From Acidobacteriota bacterium (GTDB taxonomy: Bacteria; Acidobacteriota; Terriglobia; 20CM-2-55-15), in the NCBI GenBank assembly GCA_003223875.1, contig QHWY01000087.1:4267-68266 (forward strand): a DNA stretch of 64,000 nucleotides. The letters are read 5' to 3'. Below the pieces are notes generated by a model. That model saw only the letters and a list, made by a program, of their open reading frames with translations, ran no database searches and had not been told where the DNA came from. The first letter of the stretch is position 1. Each line of letters starts with the position of its first letter. Shown here piece after piece: positions 9,481-18,333 of the stretch. Position numbers and translations under genes: made by a program.

Positions 9481-10485
9481 ATGCTTTGGAAGGGTTTTCA
9501 AAAACCGAAAAGACTGACCGTCGGGAGCGAGCCGCCCGCGACGGAAACCTACGCTCAATTTTCAGCGCAGCCATTTGAGCGAGGATTTGGAACAACCATC
9601 GGCAATGCACTCCGTCGCGTACTGCTGTCGTCGATCGAGGGCGCGGCGATCACTGCCGTAAAAATCGAAGGTGTGTTGCACGAGTTCTCATCGATTCCGG
9701 GCGTCGTCGAAGATGCCACCGATATCATTCTCAACCTGAAGCAGATTCCGCTGAAGCTGCACGGCGAGGAGCGTAAAACGATTTACCTTAAAGGGCTCCA
9801 GCCTGGCGCCTACACCTCAGGCAATATCGAACACGATCCCGATATTGAGATTCTGGACAAGAACATTTATATCGGCACGGTGAGCGAAGGTGGTGCGTTG
9901 CAGATCGAAATGCGTGTCCAAAATGGGCGAGGGTATGTTTCCGCCGACCGCAATTTCGATGAGGATCTTGGAATCGGTTACATTCCCGTCGACTCGGTTC
10001 ATTCGCCGGTCCGCAAAGTTAATTACTGGGTCGAAGCCGCCCGCTTGGGTCAGGTCACCGATTACGACAAACTCACCATCGAAGTCTGGACCAACGGTTC
10101 GATTACCCCCCAGGATGCGCTGGGATTGGCGGCGAAGCTGATCAAGGACCACATGCAGATCTTCATTCAATTCGAAGAGAAACCCGAGCCCGTGGAGGAG
10201 CAGACTGAGGTGCGGCACGACGCTGTTATCGAGCACTTGAACAAGTCCGTGGACGAACTCGAACTGTCGGTCCGCTCCTACAATTGTCTGAAGAATGCCA
10301 ACATCCGGACCATCGGAGAACTCGTCACCAAGACCGAGGCCGAGATGCTCAAGACGAAGAACTTCGGCCGCAAGTCTCTCAACGAAATCAAAGAAATCCT
10401 CGGCAGTATGGGCCTGCAACTGGGCATGAAACTGGATGACCACGGCCGGCCAGTGATGCCCGCCTCGACAGAGCAAACAGTGTGA
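9481..10485 (+). CDS. rpoA: DNA-directed RNA polymerase subunit alpha
   Basis: A 334-aa protein with N-terminal and C-terminal alpha domains, in alpha-operon order. Confidence 0.95.
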   Translation: MLWKGFQKPKRLTVGSEPPATETYAQFSAQPFERGFGTTIGNALRRVLLSSIEGAAITAVKIEGVLHEFSSIPGVVEDATDIILNLKQIPLKLHGEERKTIYLKGLQPGAYTSGNIEHDPDIEILDKNIYIGTVSEGGALQIEMRVQNGRGYVSADRNFDEDLGIGYIPVDSVHSPVRKVNYWVEAARLGQVTDYDKLTIEVWTNGSITPQDALGLAAKLIKDHMQIFIQFEEKPEPVEEQTEVRHDAVIEHLNKSVDELELSVRSYNCLKNANIRTIGELVTKTEAEMLKTKNFGRKSLNEIKEILGSMGLQLGMKLDDHGRPVMPASTEQTV

Positions 10486-10486
10486 T

Positions 10487-10945
10487 ATGAGACACAGGAA
10501 CGCGCATCGCAAACTCAGCCGGAACACGTCGCACCGCCGCGCGTTGCTTCGTAATCTCGTTACCGATTTTCTGGATCACGGCCGTCTCATGACAACTCTG
10601 CCGAAGGCAAAGGAGATTCGGCCGCTTGCCGAAAAGATGATCACGCTCGGCAAGCGCGACAACCTTCACGCCCGCCGCCAGCTTCAGGCATTTCTTCTTC
10701 GCGAGGCTGTAGCAAAGAAAGTATTCGATACGATTGCCCCTCGTTTCGCCGATCGCAACGGGGGCTACAGCCGCATTATCAAGCTCGGAAACCGTAAAGG
10801 CGACGGCGCGGATTTGGCCATCATCGAATTGCTGGGCAGCGAACTGGAAGTGAAGAAAGCCGAACGCGCGGAAAAAGACAAAGAGAAGCAGACGAAGCAA
10901 GCGGGCAAGGAAAAGAAGGAAGAAAAGGAAGAAAAGGAAGAGTAA
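10487..10945 (+). CDS. rplQ: 50S ribosomal protein L17 with a Lys/Glu-rich C-terminal tail
   Basis: MRHRNAHRKLSRNTSHRRALLRNL is L17. The last ~30 aa are EKDKEKQTKQAGKEKKEEKEEKEE. Confidence 0.93.
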   Translation: MRHRNAHRKLSRNTSHRRALLRNLVTDFLDHGRLMTTLPKAKEIRPLAEKMITLGKRDNLHARRQLQAFLLREAVAKKVFDTIAPRFADRNGGYSRIIKLGNRKGDGADLAIIELLGSELEVKKAERAEKDKEKQTKQAGKEKKEEKEEKEE

Positions 10946-11245
10946 GGTTCATTTAGCGATTTTCTTGCACCTCGCGTGTGTGCGGGGGTCGACGTCAGTT
11001 CAATAGCTGGACCCGATTGGGCGATGGACCACACCCTGCGGTCCGAAGCTCAAGTATTTGACAGCAAAGTCTTGTTCAGTTCGCCTTTTATAAGAAATTC
11101 GCCCAACGCTTCCTAGGACTGCCGAAACATCTCAGGACTAACAAAAGAATTCCGGCCGCGCGGCTATTCCTCGACGCGTTAACATGGCGTCTGTTGAATA
11201 TCTCAAAACCCGTTTCACCGGGAAGCGCGATCGATGGAAAACATT

Positions 11246-11310
11246 AATACGCGATAGGCAAAAGCACTTCAAATTGATGCTTCTGAAATAACCGCAGCCT
11301 TTCGTTTTTT
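11246..11310 (+). repeat. 65-bp direct repeat, copy 1 (TAATACGCGATAGGCAAAAGCACTTCAAATTGATGCTTCTGAAATAACCGCAGCCTTTCGTTTTT)
   Basis: It is identical to copy 2 at 12287-12350. Its 3' end forms a 9-bp stem with the following AGGCTGCGG. Confidence 0.85.
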
Positions 11311-12096
11311 TTAGGCTGCGGTACGGGCAGTTTTCATTACGAAGTTTACAGGTGCCAAGTTATTGGAATTGATCTGACGGTGCCTAGCGGGATCAAAAGC
11401 TCACACGTCAGTTTTGTTCAAGCTAATTCAGCGCAAATTCCGATCGCAAACAATTCTGTTGATGCAGTAGTTTGTCATCATACGCTGGAACATTTTGATG
11501 ATTATCGAACGACTCTCGTGGAGATCAATCGAATCTTAAAGGATGGCGGACTGGTCTGGATCGCTGTCCCTAACGGTTTTGGGCTGGACGATGAACTTTA
11601 TCGTTTTGTCTTTTCGGGAGGTGGTCACGTAAATCGTTTTTCTAGGGATCAGTTGATACAGGATGTTCATCGTCATACCAGATTCAGGTTGGTACAAGAG
11701 GTGGATCTCTTCAGCAGTTTCATTTATCTCAAAAAACCCACTCTTGAGGAATACCAGTACTACCCGCCACCAGCCCGTTTCTTGTTTCATATTCCGGATG
11801 GCACTAGCACGGCTGTTGTGTTTTCTCTCAATGCACTCGCACGCTTAATCGATCGACTATTTGGATACCGAATCAGCCAGTACGGCTGGGGTTTTGTGTT
11901 CGCCGCAGAGAGCGCATCTTTGCCGCCGTTACACCGCCCTTACTTCAATGTTTGTTCGAAGTGCGGCTCCGGGGTGTCCGCCAAAGAGCTCCGCGACAAG
12001 GGGCTATCGAGACAATGTTTTGGAGTCGGTTTTTACTATTGCCCGATTTGTCAGCAGCTAAACGCTTTTGTTTCACCTCCCATCGGATGCGAATAG
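11287..12096 (+). pseudogene. 5'-truncated class I SAM-dependent methyltransferase (Methyltransf_11-like) with a C-terminal Cys-rich zinc-ribbon-like tail
   Basis: The frame stays open upstream of the GTG at 11380 and encodes motif I (LGCGTG) plus VIGIDL directly abutting repeat copy 1. There is no start codon and no N-terminal region. Local GC (~45%) is lower than the surroundings. Confidence 0.6.
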
Positions 12097-12286
12097 AGTT
12101 TCAACGTGGATGAGCTCATACAATTGGCTGCCCCTGATTTGGTCTGATTAGAAAAAATCGTAGCCTCTTCGGAAGCATTCCTTGTCAGATTTGCACTTCA
12201 AAAATCGACGGGATTTGTCCGTGCTAAGGCCAAGCCGCAGATCCACGCGCATCTATTCGCTCGTACAGACGAAGATAGCGAACTGG

Positions 12287-12350
12287 TAATACGCGATAGG
12301 CAAAAGCACTTCAAATTGATGCTTCTGAAATAACCGCAGCCTTTCGTTTT
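12287..12350 (+). repeat. 65-bp direct repeat, copy 2
   Basis: Identical to 11246-11310. It lies immediately upstream of the DUF1592 gene. Confidence 0.85.
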
Positions 12351-12383
12351 TGTAGCTATTTCATCGGTGTAGTTTTACAATTT

Positions 12384-14768
12384 TTGGCATCGGAGGCCCC
12401 GATGACAAACCGGTTTTTTGCGTGGGCGGCTGCCTGTCTGTCAGTCCTTCTTGCGTCCGCCATATCTGGCGCACCCGCACCTCAAGAGGCGCCGTCAACG
12501 CGCTCTGCCATCGATCAATATTGCGTCGGTTGTCACAACGACAAGTTGAAGACCGGAGGGCTTTTTTTAAGCGGCTTAGATATCGCTCGCGCTGGTGAAC
12601 ATCCCGAGATATGGGAAAAAGTGGTTCGCAAACTTCGCGGCCGTATGATGCCTCCTCCGGGCCGACCGCGTCCGGATGAACGCGGATATGATGCGCTGGT
12701 CGCATCTCTGGAGACGTCGCTGGACGGGGCTGCTGCTGCCAATCCGGATCCGGGACGCACCGAGACGTTCCGCCGTCTGAATCGTACCGAATACCACAAC
12801 GCGATTCGCGATCTGTTGACGCTGGATGTTGATGTTGCGTCGCTGCTGCCGAAGGACGACGCCAGCTACGGCTTTGATAATGTGAGTGTCGGGGGTCTTT
12901 CGCCGACACTGCTCGAAAGATACCTGGCTGCAGCGCAGAAAATCAGCCGGCTTGCCTTGGGCAGCCCTGTGCGGACACCGGCTTCTAACATTGTGCTCGT
13001 CCCGCCGGATCTCACTCAGGAAGACCATCTTGACGGATTGCCCTTCGGAACCCGCGGCGGAACGATTGTCCCCTACACGTTTCCGGTCGATGCCCAATAT
13101 GACATCCAGATTCGCTTGATGCGGGACCGCAATGAGCATATCGAGGGTCTCACCGAACCGCATCAGATGGATCTCACCCTGGACGGAAACCGTGTGCAAG
13201 TATTTACCGTCAATCCCAAACGGGCGAACACGCGGGGCATCGATTTCACGGATGCTGACGTCGACAGTAACCTGAAAGTGCGCCTGGCGGTGAAGGCCGG
13301 ACCGCACGAGATCGGCGCCACTTTCATCAAGAAAGACTCAGCCTTGATCGAGACCACCGAGCAGCCTTATCAGGCGCACTTTAACTACTACCGGCATCCG
13401 AGAATTCAGCCCGCCGTCTACTCTGTCGCGATTACGGGACCTTTCGATACCAGCGGGGTGACCGACACGCCGAGCCGCCGCCGCATTTTCGTTTGCCGTC
13501 CCGCGAGACCTTCCGAAGAAGAGCGCTGCGCCACAACTATCATTTCGACTTTGGCTCGGCGCGCCTATCGCCGCCCGGTCAACACCGACGATCTGCGAGT
13601 GCCGCTGGCGTTTTACAAGGACGCTCGCGCCGAAGGAGATTTCGAAGCCGGTATAGAAATGGCGCTGCGCGCGATTCTGACGAGCACGGAATTTATATTT
13701 CGCATTGAACGCGACCCGGAGGGTGTTGCACCGAACAGGCCATATCACATTAGTGATATCGAGCTCGCATCCCGCTTATCGTTCTTCTTGTGGAGCAGTA
13801 TTCCCGACGACGAATTGCTCGATTTGGCGGCTCAAGGGAAACTTCACGAGCCGGCAATACTGGAACGGCAGGTGCGGCGAATGCTGGCCGACGCTCGCTC
13901 GCAATCATTGGTTACAAATTTCGGCGGACAGTGGTTGTACCTCCGTAACCTGGCGGACGCGGGTCCGGATGGCAGAATATTCCCCGATTTCGATGACAAT
14001 GTGAGGCAAGCGTTCCGGCAAGAGACAGAGTTGTTTTTGGAAAGCATCATAAAAGAGGATCGAAGTGTTATCGATCTTTTGAGTGCTAATTACACCTTCC
14101 TGAACGAAAGACTGGCGAAGTATTACGGTATTCCGAATGTGTACGGAAGTAACTTCCGGCGTGTGACGTTGCCGAATGACAGCATTCGCGGCGGTCTGCT
14201 TGGAAAGGGAAGCCTTCTCACGGTCACTTCGTACGCCAACCGCACCTCACCGGTTCAGCGCGGAAAATGGGTTCTCGAAAATATCCTTGGGACGCCGCCG
14301 CCACCCCCGCCGCCAAACGTGCCGCCTCTGACGGACGACAATCCGGTGGGTAAGGTCCTGACGATGCGTGAGCGCATGGCCCAACACCGCTCCAATCCGG
14401 CGTGCTCGGCTTGCCATCAGCTGATGGATCCGATCGGCTTGTCCTTCGAACACTTCGATGCGACCGGCCGTTGGCGGAATCAAAGCGAAGGAGATGTTCC
14501 GATCGACGCAGCGGGAGCGCTGCCAAGCGGCGTTACATTTGAAGGTGTCACTGGTCTTAAGAAAGCGTTGCTGGCGCGCCCCGAGTTGTTTGCCACAACC
14601 GTCACGGAAAAAATGCTCACGTATGCCTTAGGCCGAGGCATGGATTACTACGATGCTCCGGCAGTTCGCGCGATCGTGCGCGAAGCCCGCAATAATGACT
14701 TTCGCTTCTCGGCGCTCATTTTGGGCGTTGTGAAAAGCGCACCATTTCAGATGAGGAGGTCCCAATGA
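12384..14768 (+). CDS. DUF1592/DUF1585/DUF1587/DUF1588/DUF1595-family protein with N-terminal signal peptide and a CxxCH heme-binding motif (planctomycete-type cytochrome-c-like domain)
   Basis: A 794-aa protein with a signal peptide and CVGCH at aa 47-51. The architecture is the one that pairs with DUF1552 in Planctomycetota, Acidobacteriota and Verrucomicrobiota. Confidence 0.75.
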   Translation: MASEAPMTNRFFAWAAACLSVLLASAISGAPAPQEAPSTRSAIDQYCVGCHNDKLKTGGLFLSGLDIARAGEHPEIWEKVVRKLRGRMMPPPGRPRPDERGYDALVASLETSLDGAAAANPDPGRTETFRRLNRTEYHNAIRDLLTLDVDVASLLPKDDASYGFDNVSVGGLSPTLLERYLAAAQKISRLALGSPVRTPASNIVLVPPDLTQEDHLDGLPFGTRGGTIVPYTFPVDAQYDIQIRLMRDRNEHIEGLTEPHQMDLTLDGNRVQVFTVNPKRANTRGIDFTDADVDSNLKVRLAVKAGPHEIGATFIKKDSALIETTEQPYQAHFNYYRHPRIQPAVYSVAITGPFDTSGVTDTPSRRRIFVCRPARPSEEERCATTIISTLARRAYRRPVNTDDLRVPLAFYKDARAEGDFEAGIEMALRAILTSTEFIFRIERDPEGVAPNRPYHISDIELASRLSFFLWSSIPDDELLDLAAQGKLHEPAILERQVRRMLADARSQSLVTNFGGQWLYLRNLADAGPDGRIFPDFDDNVRQAFRQETELFLESIIKEDRSVIDLLSANYTFLNERLAKYYGIPNVYGSNFRRVTLPNDSIRGGLLGKGSLLTVTSYANRTSPVQRGKWVLENILGTPPPPPPPNVPPLTDDNPVGKVLTMRERMAQHRSNPACSACHQLMDPIGLSFEHFDATGRWRNQSEGDVPIDAAGALPSGVTFEGVTGLKKALLARPELFATTVTEKMLTYALGRGMDYYDAPAVRAIVREARNNDFRFSALILGVVKSAPFQMRRSQ

Positions 14769-16126
14769 GCACAGCGAATGCAAGCCCGACAGGGCGCAGC
14801 AATCAACCAATGATCGTCACGAAAAAAGCTCTGCCCCGGCGAACGTTTTTGAGAGGCATGGGGGTCACCGTAGCTCTGCCCTTGCTGGATGCAATGGTTC
14901 CAGCACTTTCCGCAATGACGCCGGCCACCAATCCGGTGCGGCGGTTCGGGTTCGTTTACATCCCCATGGGAATGAACCCGGCACCCTGGATACCTAAAGC
15001 TGAAGGCAAGATCTCCGAACTATCGCCTTCTCTCGCATCGCTCATGCCGGTTATGGATCAAGTGACGGTCATCACCAACACTGAACTGAAGATGGCCAAC
15101 TCTGCCGGCAATCACGCGACCGCCAATTCGTCGTTCCTGACCGCCACCCTCGCCAAGAGAACCGAAGGCAACGATTACGTATTGGCGACGTCGATCGATC
15201 AAGTGATCGCAAAACAAATCGGAAGGGACACCCAGATCCCGTCGCTCGAGCTAGGAACCGATCTCATTGCGATGGTCGGTAACTGCGATAACGGATATGC
15301 CTGCGTGTATCAGAACAACTTGTCCTGGTCGTCCCCGACGAATCCGCTTCCCACCGAGGCAGATCCCCGCATCGTTTTCGAGCGCTTGTTCGGTGATGGT
15401 GGCTCGGCAAAGGACCGCCAGACGGAACTGCGAAAGAATCGGAGCATTCTGGATTGGGTCACCGAAGACATGGCGCGGCTTCAAAGGAAACTGGGTTCGG
15501 GAGACCGCACGAAGGTCACTGAGTATATCGATTCCGTACGTGAAGTCGAGCGTCGTATCCAGAAGGCGGAACAACAGGCGGGTGAGGCCGTGTTGCCGGA
15601 TCTGGATCGTCCCGCGAGCGTACCGGCAGCCTGGGAAGATCACGTAAAACTGATGTTCGATTTGCAGATTCTGGCTCTGCAGGCCGACATCACGCGCGTT
15701 ACTACTTTCCAGATGGCCCGCGAGACCAGCACGCGGACCTATCCGCAGATCGGCGTGCCCGAGCCGCACCATCCCACATCGCATCACTCGAACGATCCGG
15801 AGAAGCTGGCGAAGCTGGCGAAGATCAATGCGTATCATGTCTCGCTCTTCGCTTACTTCCTGAACAAGCTGAAAGCCACGCCGGATGGTGACGGCACATT
15901 GCTAGATCACTCGACCTACATGATTGGCAGTGGTCTCGGCAATCCGTCTCTCCACAACCATACGAATCTGCCATGCGTCGTGGTTGGTGGGCACAAAGGG
16001 GGACGGCACATCAAATACGCTGAGCCGGTGACTTTGGCGAACGTTCACCTGACGCTGCTGGAAAAAGCGGGTATTCACCAACAGGGCTTTAGCAATAGCA
16101 CCGGACGGATCGAGGAGCTGCTGTGA
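14765..16126 (+). CDS. DUF1552 domain protein (Tat-signal, RRTFLRGMGVTVALP)
   Basis: A 453-aa protein whose start overlaps the upstream stop (ATGA). It has a twin-arginine motif and is the conserved partner of DUF1592 proteins. Confidence 0.75.
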   Translation: MSTANASPTGRSNQPMIVTKKALPRRTFLRGMGVTVALPLLDAMVPALSAMTPATNPVRRFGFVYIPMGMNPAPWIPKAEGKISELSPSLASLMPVMDQVTVITNTELKMANSAGNHATANSSFLTATLAKRTEGNDYVLATSIDQVIAKQIGRDTQIPSLELGTDLIAMVGNCDNGYACVYQNNLSWSSPTNPLPTEADPRIVFERLFGDGGSAKDRQTELRKNRSILDWVTEDMARLQRKLGSGDRTKVTEYIDSVREVERRIQKAEQQAGEAVLPDLDRPASVPAAWEDHVKLMFDLQILALQADITRVTTFQMARETSTRTYPQIGVPEPHHPTSHHSNDPEKLAKLAKINAYHVSLFAYFLNKLKATPDGDGTLLDHSTYMIGSGLGNPSLHNHTNLPCVVVGGHKGGRHIKYAEPVTLANVHLTLLEKAGIHQQGFSNSTGRIEELL

Positions 16127-16139
16127 TGTTGTGGGAGTC

Positions 16140-16290
16140 TAGCCAAACACCACCCTGTCCCTCTGGCAGAGGGCAGGGTGAGGGTCTCAGGATTTGGCGA
16201 AATTTGCGACCTTCACCCGGCGCGTCAGACTTGCGTCTGTCGCGCCGCCCTCTTCCAAAGGGAGAGGGTTCTGCGCTTCTTTGCATTTTG
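16140..16290. repeat. Intergenic GC-rich hairpin cluster (CCCTCTG-GCAGAGGG and CCCTCTTCC-AAA-GGGAGAGGG hairpins) between the DUF1552 and ankyrin genes
   Basis: The palindromes caccctgtccctctggcagagggcagggtg and ccctcttccaaagggagaggg are seen directly. The same hairpin type recurs at 38761 and 55300. Confidence 0.7.
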
Positions 16291-16296
16291 TTGTTA

Positions 16297-17706
16297 ATGA
16301 TCGCCGTCAATGCAAGTGCTGCACCTGTCCGTTTGATCGATGCCGTCAAGTCCGCTGATAGAGCCGCGATTCAGACATTACTCCAGCAGCGGGTGGATGT
16401 GAACGCTGCGGAGCCCGACGGAACGACGGCGCTGCACTGGGCAGTTCGCACGAATGATTTCGAAGCTGCCGAAATGCTGGTTCGCGCCGGCGCCAACGTC
16501 AAATCAGCAAATCGTTACGGTGTGACGCCGCTTTACCTCGCCTCGACAAATGGAAACGCGGGGATGATCGAGTTGCTGTTAAAGGCAGGCGCCGATCCCA
16601 ACTCGGCGCTGCCTGAAGGTGAAACGGTGTTGATGACCGCGGCGCGCAGCGGGAGCGTCGACGCTGTGAACGTGCTCATTGCACGTGGTGCGGACGTCAA
16701 CCGCAAGGAAGCCTGGCGCGGGCAGAACGCGCTGATGTGGGCAGCGGCTGAAGGGCATGCCGAGGTCATCCGTGCTTTGGTCGCGCATGGCGCGGATGTA
16801 CGTGCTCGTTCGAACGGCGGTTTTACAGCACTGTTATTTGCCGTCCGTGAAGGCAAAATCGGCGCCGTGAAAACGCTCCTTGAAGCTGGAGCGGACCTCA
16901 ACGAATCGCTGCCTGTGCGTCGAGGCGGCGGGCCGGCGGCTGCGGATGCGGAACCGGGACTCAATGCCTTCATGCTGGCTGTCGACAACGTTCATTACGA
17001 ACTTGCTGCCTTCCTGTTAGACAGAGGGGCCGATCCGAACTCTGCGCCTCTCGGATTTACAGCATTACATCAGATTACTTGGCTACGCCGGCCGGGCAGC
17101 GGCGACAACAATCCAGCTCCGCAAGGATCCGGAAATATGGACAGCCTCGAGTTCGTCCGCAAACTTGTTGCGCATGGAGCGAATGTCAATGCTCGGGCGA
17201 CCAAGCAAGTCAGTATGGGTGTGACCCCCCAGTTCCGCACGACTGGGGCGACACCGTTCTTATTGGCTTGCCGAACTGCCGATATTCCCCTCATGAGTCT
17301 TCTGCTCGACTTGGGAGCTGATCCGCTGCAAGCCAATGAATACGGCATAACCCCGCTGTTGGCAGCGGCAGGAGTCGGTACGAATTCAGCTGAGGAAGAG
17401 CCCGGAACAGAGGCCGAGATCCTTGAAGCCGTGAAGCTCGTAATGGCACACGGAGGTGACGTCAATACAGTCGATAAGAATGGCAACACGGCGATGCATG
17501 GCGCCGCTCATAAGCGCGCTCCTTCTGTGATACGGTTTTTGGCTCAAAACGGCGCGAAAATCGAGATCTGGAACCAGCCGAATAGTGCCAAGCAGACTCC
17601 CCTGCAAGTCGCTGAAGGTGTCCGGGTCGGCTTGAACTTTCGGAGTCACGCCCCGAGCGCGGAAGCCATCCGTGAAGTTCTGGCCGCTGCCGGCAAGAGG
17701 GAATAG
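16297..17706 (+). CDS. Ankyrin-repeat protein, probably secreted
   Basis: Multiple ANK repeats (GxTALHWAV..., GVTPLYLAS..., GQNALMWAA...). The start was taken at the ATG at 16297. The longer ORF-track start at 16123 reads through the hairpin repeats. Confidence 0.8.
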   Translation: MIAVNASAAPVRLIDAVKSADRAAIQTLLQQRVDVNAAEPDGTTALHWAVRTNDFEAAEMLVRAGANVKSANRYGVTPLYLASTNGNAGMIELLLKAGADPNSALPEGETVLMTAARSGSVDAVNVLIARGADVNRKEAWRGQNALMWAAAEGHAEVIRALVAHGADVRARSNGGFTALLFAVREGKIGAVKTLLEAGADLNESLPVRRGGGPAAADAEPGLNAFMLAVDNVHYELAAFLLDRGADPNSAPLGFTALHQITWLRRPGSGDNNPAPQGSGNMDSLEFVRKLVAHGANVNARATKQVSMGVTPQFRTTGATPFLLACRTADIPLMSLLLDLGADPLQANEYGITPLLAAAGVGTNSAEEEPGTEAEILEAVKLVMAHGGDVNTVDKNGNTAMHGAAHKRAPSVIRFLAQNGAKIEIWNQPNSAKQTPLQVAEGVRVGLNFRSHAPSAEAIREVLAAAGKRE

Positions 17707-17736
17707 CCACAAAAAGGCACAAGAGTCAGAAATTTT

Positions 17737-18333
17737 TTGGAGTCTTTTGTGTCTTTTGGTGGCTATTTTTATACTTATAGAGTGTCACCCGAGAATGACG
17801 GCCCCCATCTCGACCTGACTTTTTCCATTCAGGAGAGGAGCTATGCCCGGCCGATCGGCATTGGCGCAGCCGCCGCGCTGATTGTCTTGATCATCCTGAC
17901 GATGACAACGACTCTCGCCTCCAAGATCCTCCCGATGAGTGACGAATATTTGCTCGTGATGATACCCCCGGCCCCCGACGGCGCAGAGCCGCTGGCGCTC
18001 AACTCGCTCAGGCACGAAATCGATGGCAAGACGATTTCGGTCAGCGGTTCGGTTATGAATCGCACGGCGGTGTCCATATCGAATGTTCTTGCCGTCGTCG
18101 AGATGCAGGATACAACCGGCCGCTTTCCTCAAACCCAAGAAGTTCCCGTTCAGCCCGAGGAATTGGCGCCGCAAGCGGTCGGCACTTTTATGGCAATGGC
18201 GACGCTCGAAGAGAATCCGGGTGGTTATATCGTGAAGTTTCGCTTTGCCGACGGACCGTTCATCCCCCACAAAGATGAACGCGCGCCGGAAATAACCATT
18301 ACGCCGCAGCCAATGCCGCATCTGATAAAGTGA
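17737..18333 (+). CDS. Hypothetical membrane-anchored protein
   Basis: A 198-aa ORF with one hydrophobic segment (IGIGAAAALIVLIILTMTT). It is co-directional and tightly spaced with its neighbours. The start is uncertain. Confidence 0.5.
   Translation: MESFVSFGGYFYTYRVSPENDGPHLDLTFSIQERSYARPIGIGAAAALIVLIILTMTTTLASKILPMSDEYLLVMIPPAPDGAEPLALNSLRHEIDGKTISVSGSVMNRTAVSISNVLAVVEMQDTTGRFPQTQEVPVQPEELAPQAVGTFMAMATLEENPGGYIVKFRFADGPFIPHKDERAPEITITPQPMPHLIK

Noticed and set aside
8603-9610. Long antisense ORFs opposite conserved genes (for example 335 aa opposite rpsK/rpsD; also 3277-3927, 5578-6255, 9817-10527, 12576-13307, 15251-15838, 16533-16988, 17785-18321, 30481-31065, 31728-32441, 33099-33635, 37896-38426, 41760-42314, 42324-43001, 54256-55035, 56223-56798, 57783-58229, 60095-60649, 62348-63115)
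   Set aside because: These are shadow ORFs expected in high-GC DNA. Each lies opposite a strongly supported gene, is low-complexity or Arg/Pro-rich, and has no recognisable family.
10980-11060. GGGGGTCGACG… / …GCGGTCCGAAGC motifs in the AT-rich region after rplQ, superficially reminiscent of tmRNA 5' end or SRP-RNA domain IV
   Set aside because: The acceptor-stem spacing and the conserved GGAA/AGGAAGCAG-type tetraloop-receptor context of SRP RNA are absent. No tRNA-like 3' end is present. The resemblance is too weak to call an ncRNA.
16123-16296. N-terminal extension of the ankyrin gene (ORF-track start at 16123) that translates as …PLPKGEGS… across the hairpins
   Set aside because: The extension reads through two GC palindromes, is not followed by a signal peptide, and the ATG at 16297 gives a sensible start. 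It is treated as structured intergenic spacer.
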